Shown one piece after another: positions 51,714-62,374 of a DNA stretch of 64,000 nt (the first letter of the stretch is position 1; each line of letters starts with the position of its first letter). The notes beneath the pieces are model-generated. The model ran no database searches, was not told where the DNA came from, and saw only the letters and a program-made list of their open reading frames with translations. The stretch is from Octopus bimaculoides. Taxonomy: Eukaryota. The stretch lies in the NCBI RefSeq assembly GCF_001194135.2, contig NC_068986.1, forward strand, positions 40,352,304 through 40,416,303, given 5' to 3'. Both the position numbers and the translations under genes were made by a program.

Positions 51714-52841
51714 TATATATATATATATATATGTATGTAGGTATGTATGTATGTATCTATCTATGTGTGTCTGTGTTTATCCACCACTACTTGACAACTG
51801 GTGTTGATGTGTTTATGTCCCCATAACTTTGCAGTTCAGCAAAAGAGACCAATAGAATAAGTATCAGGCTTAGTAAAAAAATAAGTACTGGAGTTGATTT
51901 GTTCAATTAAAACTTGTCAAAGCATTGCCCCAGCATGGCCACAGTCAAATGACTGAAACAAGTAAAATATTTAAAAAAATAAAAGATAAATAAGTGTTGC
52001 ACTTGACAGAGTAATCTGAAGGCTAAAGGGTTAGATTATCTCCAGAAAACTAGAAAATCCAGAAATCCAGGACATTTCCAGTCCTAAGCTTGCTTGATAA
52101 TTGGTCTGGTGCTGTGTGTGAGTTCAAATTCTTCCACTGCAATGACTGACTTTCTTTAAACTCAGTACAGGAAAACAACAAAGTACTTAACTGTGATTTA
52201 ACAGCCTAATGGTTTATGAGACTTAATGAAAATAGGAAATCAAATTGTATTAGAATTAAAGATATTAGTACAAAACCCCTAATGACACTCTTGAAGAGTT
52301 AATCATTGACTCTTTTGTTTTTGCTGGAAGATGTAAATTAATTACTCTTCGGACTTCCATAATAGGGTGGGGGTGGGGGGGGGTNNNNNNNNNNNNNNNN
52401 NNNNNNNNNNNNNNNNNNNNNNNNNNNNNNNNNNNNNNNNNNNNNNNNNNNNNNNNNNNNNNNNNNNNTTAAAGATGGATTAATCCTTACAAATGAGAAA
52501 ATGTTGTTAAATTAAAAGACTTGCTTTAAAAAAGAAAACAGAAAAGAAAAGAAAATATTATGCTTTAGCTAGAAGGTAAACATTTTGGCACTGCACTAAT
52601 TGTTCTTGTTAGCTGTGAAGATTCTAATTTCTAACCTGTCAGCATGACTTAACTTGGAAGATGCATTTGAAAGAAGGTGAATCCAGTTTTTTTTTGCTCA
52701 CAGCTGAATTTAATTACTTTAATTATTTGTGATTTTGGAAACTAATGACCTTTTGCGCTTGAAGACCGTTTATTTATCTTTATTATCATTTCTTTTTGGG
52801 TTATATTTCAGTTTATTTGAAATGCACATGCATACAAATGC

Positions 52842-52874
<33 letters not shown>

Positions 52875-54207
52875 TTCCCTCTCTCACACACAATAAACAG
52901 GCATATACTTCACACACACGGTCACTATACACAATCACTATACTAGCTTCACTGCATTCACCTAAGTCAATGAATGAGTCAGTCTCTACTTGGTTGCTTC
53001 ATGTGCTACAAAATAGCAACCAAATTTTCCTCATATTGCACCCTATTACCTTAAACTAGATGAGATGTTCATGGTTGGAATGCCTTTTACAATATGTTTA
53101 CTCAATCAAGTCTGATCTGGGACTAAACCCCCTCACACAGTCATTTCACTCACTTTTGAATCAAGAATGATAGCAAGGAAGCTTGTGTGAATGAATGAGT
53201 GTGTGTATGTGTGTGCATAAAGAGGGAGAGAGATTTGAGTGTGTTTGTGCATGTTTATACACATACAAAGTGACTGATGCTTATTTTCTTGGGCCCCAGG
53301 AAGAATAAAAATGTAGCAGACTTCATTGAGATTTCAACTTGGAAATACACAGAGATGAAACTGACGTTCTATTGTCTTAGCCATATTCTCCTGCTTAAAT
53401 ATGGATCTTTTTTTTTTTTTTGAAAAGCTCGTGGAATGTATAGTTCGTCCAATTGATCCCACTTCCTTACTTATATCACCCATGGAATGAAATGCAAAGG
53501 CCTGACCCTCTTGAGATTTGAACTCAGATCATAGAGGGACAAATCTGAATAAATACTTCAAGAAAATTTTGCCAGCATGCTAGACTCTTCTGCTATCACT
53601 GCTAGATAGCAATTCTTAATTTGCTAAGCTCTATGTTAGCTCTGACTGAGCAGATTAAAGACACTCCAACCATGACCTTTCCATCTTTTTAGGGTGATGG
53701 TATTATATTATCTTGCTCCATATTTTAACATATACGTAAACTGAGCTCCCCATCACCACTACCACATTCCCTCTCTATGGTTCATTTTCCCTCTGTATTT
53801 CAGAAAAGAGCTAGTTGAGGTATCTAAGATTACATTATCCAATGTACCCGTCTCCCTGGGAAATTTGGCTGCTATTTCTAGCAGGTCAAGCAACACAGTT
53901 GCTCCATTATTTTGATATATATGTAAATTGAAACTCCCCTCCCCCATCATCACTACTATATTCCCTCTCTACTGCTCATTTTTCTCCACTGTATTTCAGA
54001 GAGGGTCCAGTTAATATTATTAGCCAGGTTGTAATGAAAGCATGTGACCATATTTTGTAGCTTGCAGAGAGATGTGAGAAAATAGATGAGATTTTTGTAA
54101 GTGAAGACATTATTGCTTGTGAGAGTTCTTTCAGTTAGCATTAGAAATTGTGACCTTGGCATTAATGATAGTATGAATATGAACCACAGATAGTCTGGCC
54201 AGGTGAT

Positions 54208-54280
54208 ATGTGGTTTGTGCATGTGTTTGTCACCTTTGCAATGATATTTGTTTTGATTGGGTTGTCACAAGCTCTGGGTG
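54208..54280 (+). CDS. Candidate signal-peptide exon MWFVHVFVTFAMIFVLIGLSQALG, possibly the first coding exon of the LRP4-like gene
   Basis: ATG with a purine at -3, a hydrophobic core and an S-Q-A cleavage-like site. Ending at 54280 (donor GTATAC) or 54277 (donor GTGGTA) gives phase 1, which joins in frame to exon 56731 (G+TT = Val). Both donors are weak, and T-rich DNA can mimic signal peptides. Confidence 0.45.
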
Positions 54281-55112
54281 GTATACATCCTTACTTCATG
54301 AATAACTACATCTCTTTTTACTTTACTGTATCCTATATAACTTTTTTCAAATCTATAACCTACCTTACTATGGAATTTGTGTGTGTGTGCATTCCCTTGT
54401 CTTGATAGTTGTAAATATCACTGTTATACAAGTGATGTTGTTCATTTCTAGCCTTCTGGCAAAAACATGTCTAGCCATGTGAAATATAACTCTACTTGGG
54501 AGCAAGTAATAGTTGGTGACAGTAAGGATATCTGGCCTTAGAAGAATCAGCCATAAGAAATTCCATCTGACCTATGCAAGCATGGGAAAGTGGACAGTAA
54601 ACAGTGATGAAGATATTCATAATTTTATTCATTCACTCTGTAAAGTGCTCTGATTTCTGTAGCCACACTCTTGCAGCAACAACATCTATTTGAATTGAAT
54701 TCTACCAAACTATAGTACTTGATGTATCAGATTTCTCAATTACAATTCTCCTTTAAGTTTAAATTTCAAAATTGGATTGATGAAAAATTACACAGATTGA
54801 AATACGTGAATGCAACTGCAATATTAGAACATTGAACAAATACGAAATAGATTAACTGCATATAATTCTAATTGTAATTGAATATATCGATGACTTGTTT
54901 TTCAGATGGTTCTTTGACTTTTGTTCACATGTAGCCATTTGCCACTTACTACCAATGTTATTTTATCATGGAGATAATGAAGAACCTGTAATGAATGCAT
55001 GTAACTCCCAAAAAAAAAAAAAATTTTCTATTAAATAGCTTTCTGTGAAAAGGTAAATCTAGTTTTACTGTTGCTGTTTTCACACACATGCACACTCGCA
55101 TGTATGTATGCC

Positions 55113-55164
<52 letters not shown>

Positions 55165-56024
55165 GATAACACAACTGTGTTTGAGCTTGATCTTTGTTAA
55201 TGATTTTTATTAGTTTTAAAGAGAAACATTGTTGATATTTGTGAGTGCAGAGAGAGAGAGAGAAAGAAAGATGGAGAGAGAGAGGTATATGTACTTAACA
55301 CATGTGGAGAGTTTAAACAATTATATTAAAATCTTACTCAGCATTGTTTAATTTACTTCCATAAATTCTAAAAGCTTGTCTGATTGTTTGGATGCTTAAT
55401 ATTGAGTGGTAAGGCAGTCATGGCTTCTAAATAAGGTTAAGTGACATTGGCAGAAGACTGAGGCTCATTCTCATTAGCTTGTTTGAAGCATGTGGTGGAA
55501 TCCGTATCTTAACAAATGTCAATAGCTGCTAGATGGCAGGTAGTGGTAGCATAAGAAATAGCTTCCTTGTTTTCATTAGAATGTCCAATGCAATATAAAT
55601 TTCAGTTACTTTTTGTAGGATGTCATTAACAGATAATGGCTTAAAATTAGTTGATGAAGATTTCTACAGATGTCAGAACTATAACAGTTTTGATTTCCTT
55701 ACTAAGGAACATAACTGGTTGTTGGAATATGCTCAGTTTCTTGTAGGGACAACATCAATAGTTTTGCACTCAGGATAAGAAGGTCCTTGATGGAAATGTT
55801 CCATGTTAGAGGATATTTCTCTGATTCTGAAGTTTCCAGATCAAATGGGACAAGGATGTGGAATTTTCCCTTTCCCTGGAGGCAGAGTATATATATGTTA
55901 AGTGTACCTTCCCTTGGAGTCATTGACTGTAAGCTCTGTGTAGTTCTTTGGGATACCATCAAATTTACTCCTATCTAAGCCATGTTAACATGGTAAAACA
56001 GTTGTTCAATGAAACAAGTCAATG

Positions 56025-56185
56025 AAGGAATGGCTGCATGGTTAAGAAGCTTGCTTTGTGACCGTGTGGTTTCAAGTTCAGTTCCAGTGTGCAGTGCACC
56101 TTGGGCAAGTGTTTTCTACTATAGCTCCAGGCTGATCAGAGCCTTGTGAGTGTGGCAAAATCTGTGTGGAAGCCTGTTGTGTGTG

Positions 56186-56250
<65 letters not shown>

Positions 56251-56440
56251 TAGTTCTTCACCATTGCTTGACAGCTGTTGCCGATTTGTTTATATCCTCA
56301 TAATTTAGGGTTTTTTGGCAGAAGAGACTCATTGGACTCATAGTAGATTTAAAACAAATACTAGGATCAATTTGTTCTCTGAAACCATTGAAAGTAGTGT
56401 CCCAGCATGGCCATGGTCAAATGACTAAAACAAGTAAAAA
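56025..56440 (+). mobile_element. Family A SINE just upstream of the LDLa exon; further copies at about 57905-58332(+, interrupted), 60285-60615(-), 60940-61075(+)
   Basis: Head atggctgcatggttaagaagcttgc, (GT)n centre, tail ggtcaaatgactaaaacaagtaaaaaataaaagaa. Confidence 0.85.
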
Positions 56441-56730
56441 ATAAAAGAACACACACACATATATATTTATTTATTTATTTATGTGTTTCAGCCAAGTGGC
56501 TGCGGTCATGCTGGTGCACCACCGTGGCATATATGTGACATATGAATAAAAATCTGTAAATATACAACCATCCAGACATCTGAATACCTGATTATTATTT
56601 TTTCTAATATATATATATATGTGTGTGTGTGTTTATGTTGTCATGTGTGTTTGTTTTACATACACAAATATATTTGTATTAATTCGCTTGCATTTTATTT
56701 GTACTTACTTTCATTTTCTTTCTCTTACAG

Positions 56731-56865
56731 TTCTCACTGCCACCGACTGTCAGTGTTCGGAGAGTATGTTTAGCTGTGGTGATAGCAAATGTACATGCAT
56801 TCCAGTAGCTTTGGTGTGCGATAAAGATTACGATTGTGCCAACAAGAATGACGAGAAACATTGCA
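56731..56865 (+). CDS. LRP4: Internal coding exon of an LRP4-like LDL-receptor-related protein, first LDLa repeat: (V)LTATDCQCSESMFSCGDSKCTCIPVALVCDKDYDCANKNDEKHC
   Basis: A polypyrimidine tract and acceptor (tttcattttctttctcttacag) end at 56730. The donor after TGC-A is GTAGGT (56866-56871), giving 135 nt in phase 1-1 as typical of LDLa exons; an alternative donor GTAATT sits at 56870. The LDLa consensus (F-x-C...C-I-P...C-D...D-C...D-E..C) is present plus an extra Cys pair (CxC at the start, CTCIP). This matches vertebrate LRP4 LDLa1 as I recall it (ECACGRSHFTC...[26 protein letters not shown]). Exon status is strong; orthology rests on this one repeat. Confidence 0.85.
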
Positions 56866-59387
56866 GTAGGTAATTTTTTTTCAGTATGACTGTAATCACA
56901 AAGTGATTTATTTTTTCTTACTTATACCACACACATAGTAATTTGCATGTTTCTTTTGCACAAAAATAATTCAAATTTTTTTTCTCTTTAATAATACATT
57001 TATATCACTTAAAATAAATTGTTTTCTCTATTTATGAAAGTTCATAAAATTGGTGCTTGTCTTTTGATTTTCTTTGTGTAACCTTTTTGTGACTGTTTCT
57101 AACAAAATATACAAACAATCTAAATGCATGAATTATCTGTCTATCTATCTATATATATATTTTTTCTTTTGGTGATGCATGAATTTTATAAACTTTTGAA
57201 AAAAATGTGACAATCTATTTTGGAACTGTGGATCTAACAGTATGTAAAGCTGTAAATAATTGCATGTAAAAATGGGGTTGAAAAACTTCCTTTTTGGATT
57301 TTAAAAAAAAATAAAAGTTGACGGTTACCCGTAGGACTTGGACCTGCAGATATGATGAGTGTTCTACTAATGGAGCAAACCAATCTTTCGAATTCCTTTG
57401 TTCATTTTAAAAACTTTATTCTTACTGGCAATAATCGTATATTGATGTCATATGAATTTTATAAACTTTCAAAAAATCCTGAAATATTTCTTTTTGAAGC
57501 ACATGATGGCATATAAATATTGGGTTGAAAAATCCTTTTGAATAATAGAAAAAAGAAGTTGAAGACTTTTTTTTTAAATAATCAAAAATATGAAAAGATT
57601 GAGTGTAGTATTATTTAACTTTTCTTGATGGTGTTTGGAACACAACAAAGGTGTCTCATGAAATTATATATTTAAAGTTAAATATTAAACTTTTGCCAGA
57701 TTTAGGTACCCTAGACTCGTATATCATGATGGTACCCCTACCACTACATCAGAAGTTGAGGGCAGCAAGATAAAGAAACTAAAATATCTCACAATTTTTT
57801 TTAAAGATATTTACCTCCAAAGAATAAAAGTATACAACATTGGTTGTTACTAAATATTTTATATTTCTAAGAATTTTTTTCTTTTTCTTTTTTTTTTGTA
57901 AACAAGGTGCAGGTGTGGCTGTGTGGTAAGAAGCTTACTTCCCCTTTATGTTTAGCCCCTTGTGGGCAATAATGAAATAAGAAGCTTACTTCCCAACCAT
58001 GTGATTGTGGGTTCAGTCTCACTGTGTAACGCTTTGGGAAAGTGTCTTTTACTATATCCTCGGGCTGATCAAAGCCTTGTGAGTAGAATTAGTTGACGGA
58101 AACTGAAAGAAGCCTGTCATATGTGTTTGTGTTTGTCACTTGCCATTGCTTGCAATTGCTGTTGGTCTGTTTACATCCCTGTAACGTAGCAGTTTAGCAA
58201 AATAGACTGATAAAATAAATTCTGGGCTTAAAAAAAAATCCTGGGGTTGATTTGTTCCAGTAAAACCTTTCAAGATAGTGTCCCAGCACAGCCACAGTCG
58301 GATGACTGAAACAAGTAAAGGATAAAAGATAAAGCTCGCATGATTAAGTAATTTTTTGTAAATAAAGAATGCATTATTAACCCTTTAACAGCAAATTTAA
58401 ATTTTATGGTTATTTCAGTAATTGTGTTAGATATCTACAAAAGAGAGTAAAAAAAAAAGAATGAATTAGTATTTTTAAGTTTGTTGAGTCACGTTGCCTC
58501 AATAAACTTGACAGTAGAAAATACTTGCAAACGTGACATTCCTAAACTGAACATAGATTGGTATATAAAACTACTTTTCGGTAGTTAAGAGTAATGAAAT
58601 TTTGAGTGGTTATATCTGATTTCCAGAGTAGAAGGGTCAAAGTAATTTCCTACTGCTTATTTTGGCTTTGTATCATACAATCCTGTGTGGTCTTAAGTGG
58701 CCTGATTTCAAAAGGTATAAACAGATGAAAATTGGTTCCTCTATACAGGACAGTAATTTCTTGCATGAAGCAAAAACTCTGAGAAGATTTGGTGTCTTTT
58801 CTTCACAGTCTGTTATTGCTTTTATTTAACCCCAGGTCATGCTCATGAGTAGACACAACTGCGACTGGTCTTTTCAGTTTTAATGTTTTTTTTTAACGAA
58901 TTGTGTATCTTAGACTGCAGTGTCCAATGTGTCCTTCCTTTTTTATGCTTTGATGGCAATTTGACTGCTATTTCTAGAATATCTATTGATTACAGAGAGC
59001 AGGGACTGGGAACCTTGTTAACAAGGATCAATTGAAAGTGCATAGCAACCTATGAGAATCTGTGCTGAAGAAAATAATGAATTTTTAATTTCACAAATTC
59101 ATAGATTTACAATTTATATTAAATTGTTTTGTCTTGAGGCTTAAATCCTTTTGTTTTATGTATGTATTTATGTGTTTTGAAACACTGACAGTAGGCTGTT
59201 TCAGTGTTGAAAGTATAGATCTGCACTTCATTTGATCTGAGATACTTGAGATAAATATCATAATAAAAAGGATAACCAAAACTAATTCCTAACTCATCTT
59301 CTTTCAGTACCTTATTTAGTCAAGCATTTCATCTTTTACAACTTGACATACTAATAATCTTAATTCATTTATTTGTAAAAAAAACAC

Positions 59388-59611
59388 TACAAGGGTGAGG
59401 GTTGTAAAGTTCCTGGCTTTGGGTAAAAGAAAATATAGGAAGATCAGTTAATTATGATTTTACTCAATGTATTCCCCCGTCTCAGATTCACGCATTTATT
59501 GCAGCAGTCCTTCAGTTTTTCTAAGCCCTGTAAAAGAACTTGGAAGGTTGGGCCTCCAACCAGGCCTTTCACGATACCTTTAAAGCAAGAACTTTTCAGC
59601 ACCTCTTCATA
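59388..59611. mobile_element. Mariner-type MITE copy
   Basis: tacaagggtgagggttgtaaagttcctggcttt ... aaagcaagaacttttcagcacctcttcata; same interior. Confidence 0.85.
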
Positions 59612-59918
59612 TTTATCAATCAAGGAACTTGGCACATGCTACTGAAACATCCTTATCACCATTCTGATGGTTACACAAATTCTTCCCTCTCCAGTATAAC
59701 TTTTTATTGTTTTGTTTCAAAGGGATTTTAGATTTGTATATCATCAAAGAGAGCCTTGAAAATCCTTTTCAGGTCTATGTTAGTTATCAGATTTGTGTAA
59801 TTTCTTTCTTTTTTTTCTTTAATTATTTTTGGCCTTGATAAAGCTTTTGCTAAATTAGAAATGTGGGTTAAATATTTCGGTTGCTGTATATCACATTTTG
59901 TTAAATCTCTTCAGGTTC

Positions 59919-60236
59919 AACCCTTTAGCATTTCAACGAGTTATATCCAGCCAAAAATATTCTAACTGCTTTATGTTCAAACTGACCCAATCCAGCCTTT
60001 CAGACTTACCCTATAATGTCATTCTAGAATATAAATGATCACATGCTGAAGGGATAACCCTTTGGCATTCAAACAAGCCATATCAGGCTCAAATATTCTA
60101 CCTGTTTTATGTTTATATTGGTCTTTTCTGTCCTTGTCAAAGTCTCAAAACTACAAGATAATGCATGATTAATTCAAAACAATGTGAATAAATAAGCATT
60201 AGATTTGATAGAGTAATCTGAATGCTAAAGGTTTAA
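59919..60236. mobile_element. piggyBac-like MITE with a duplicated left end
   Basis: Left ends aaccctttagcattt (59919) and taaccctttggcattca (60055); right end tgaatgctaaaggtttaa (to 60236). The CCCT/AGGG-type termini sit next to TTAA-like sites. Confidence 0.55.
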
Positions 60237-61376
60237 AAGCTCTCTCTGGTTTTTGTAAGGACTGTTCAGAAGAGACTTATAGTTTTTTATCTTTTACTTT
60301 TACAAGACTGTGGCCATACTGGGGCACTACCTTGAAGAATTTCAGTTGAATGAATTGATCCCAGTGCTTATTATTTTATGTAATTCCTGGTACTTATTCT
60401 ATTGGCATCTTTTACCTAACTGCTAAGTTATGGGGACATAAACACACCAACACTAGTTGTTGAGCAGTGGTGGTGGACAAACACATATACAACAGACTTC
60501 TTTCAGTTTCCATCTGCCAAATCGATTCACAAGCCTTTGAGCAGCTCAAGGCTATAAGCAGAAGACACTTGCCAAGGTGGGACTGAACATGGAACCATGT
60601 GGTTGGGGAGCCATCCATTGCCCATTTGCAGTTTTTCAATCATAATATTGTTAAAAGCAATGCATAACTAAATTGGCTGTTTGTCCGTTCACATTTTCAA
60701 TTCTCTTAAAAACACATTTGCTGAATGAGAAGCAAAGTTGTGAATCACTTTTTGTCAGGTGACATGTATAGACAACACTGTTTTCTACAACACTCTCTCA
60801 ACGTTTTGCTTTATAAACACACAAATATGTATGATAGCATTCCATACCTTATATTTTCTTATAAACCTTATTTTTATTAGTTTTATTAGCTGCTATATTT
60901 CTCTGTGTTGTCCATTTTCAACCTATATTTCACTACTTTTGAAAGCACATGTACTGTTTAACATGGTTTCAATCTCACTGTATGACACCTTGGGCAAGTA
61001 TCTTCTACTATAGCCCCTGACTGACCAAAGCCTTGTGAGTAGATCTGTTTGACGGAAACCGAATGAAGCCTACTTTGTGTGTATGTGTGCGTGCACATGT
61101 GCATGCATGCACACACATATATGTAGTTTAGTGTTCCATTAGGGTAAGATCAACAAAAAGATGCTTCATTCAGTGAGAGATTAATATGATTTAATGTACA
61201 CTGTATAAAAATACAAGCTACTAATACTTTCTTACTTTGGAGCATGGAGACATGGGTCTAAGTAGGTTTTTATAATATGCCTTGTTCCTTCAAGCAATCT
61301 GCAGGCTCCGAGCATATGATCTATTCTATTTGCAAATCAGGATGCTGGTACAAGAGAAAACAAAAACAAAAACGTA

Positions 61377-61754
61377 TACTCTTTACTCTTTTACTTGTTT
61401 CAGTCATTTGACTGCTGCCATGCTGGAGCACCGCCTTTAGTCGAGAAAATCGACCCTAGGACTTATTCTTTGGAAGCCTAGTACTTATTCTTTCGGTCTC
61501 TTTTTGCCGAACCGCTAAGTTGCGGGGACGTAAACACACCAGTATCGGTTGTCAAGCGATGGTGGGGGCACAAACACAGACACACAAACATACACATATA
61601 TACGACGGGCTTCTTTCAGTTTCCGCCTACCAAATTCACTCACAAGGCTTTGGTCGGCCCGAGGCTATAGTAGAAGACACTTGCCCAAGGTGCCACACAG
61701 TGGGACTGAACCCAGAACCATGTGTTTGGTAAGCAAGCTACTTACCACACAGCC
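61377..61754 (-). mobile_element. Family A tRNA-derived SINE, near full length and relatively young
   Basis: On the minus strand: head GGCTGTGTGGTAAG (A box) and GGGTTCAGTCCCAC (B box), body ending CAGTCAAATGACTGAAACAAGTAAAAGAGTAAAG. Many CpGs are retained. Confidence 0.9.
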
Positions 61755-62198
61755 AAAAAAGTGGAAGGGTGTATAAAAATGGGAAAAGAAAAGAATGTTA
61801 GTAATGTCCCATTTGACTGTAAAGCCATTATTAAACTAGTTGTTGTAGAACCATTCAATGGAGAGGGGTCCAAACTCTGTGAGACAGCTGCTGAATCTGG
61901 AAAGGATGGTGTCCTCCAGTTCACCAAAAGAAATGGTTCCATATGTTTGCATTTGCTGGAAAATTCTGAGAAAAAGCGAGGCAGAAAAGGAAAATTGAAG
62001 AAATTGTGTGTTTGTGTTTGCCTGTTCCCAATCCACCATGAAGCCATGTTTGGTTAAGGAGAAATGTTAACTTGGTTGGAAACAGGTGACGATAGGCAAC
62101 AGGAAGGGCATGTGGTTGTAAGAATCTGCTGCAGTGAATTTTGTCTAATACATGTAAGTGGAAAAGTGAATGTTAAAATGATGATGATAATAATGATT

Positions 62199-62260
<62 letters not shown>

Positions 62261-62374
62261 ATTTATTCATTCCTTCATGATACTACAAGAGGTAAAATAT
62301 TTACTCTGAATATTGCATCTTGAAAGGAGATTAAAAGATAGAATAATTTTGTGACTGAAAAAGAAAAAGGAAAC

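Noticed and set aside
55610-55980. Coding-looking unique sequence with short ORFs on both strands
   Set aside because: There are stops in all frames over the span and no recognisable motif. It is probably an ancient element, but I cannot assign it.
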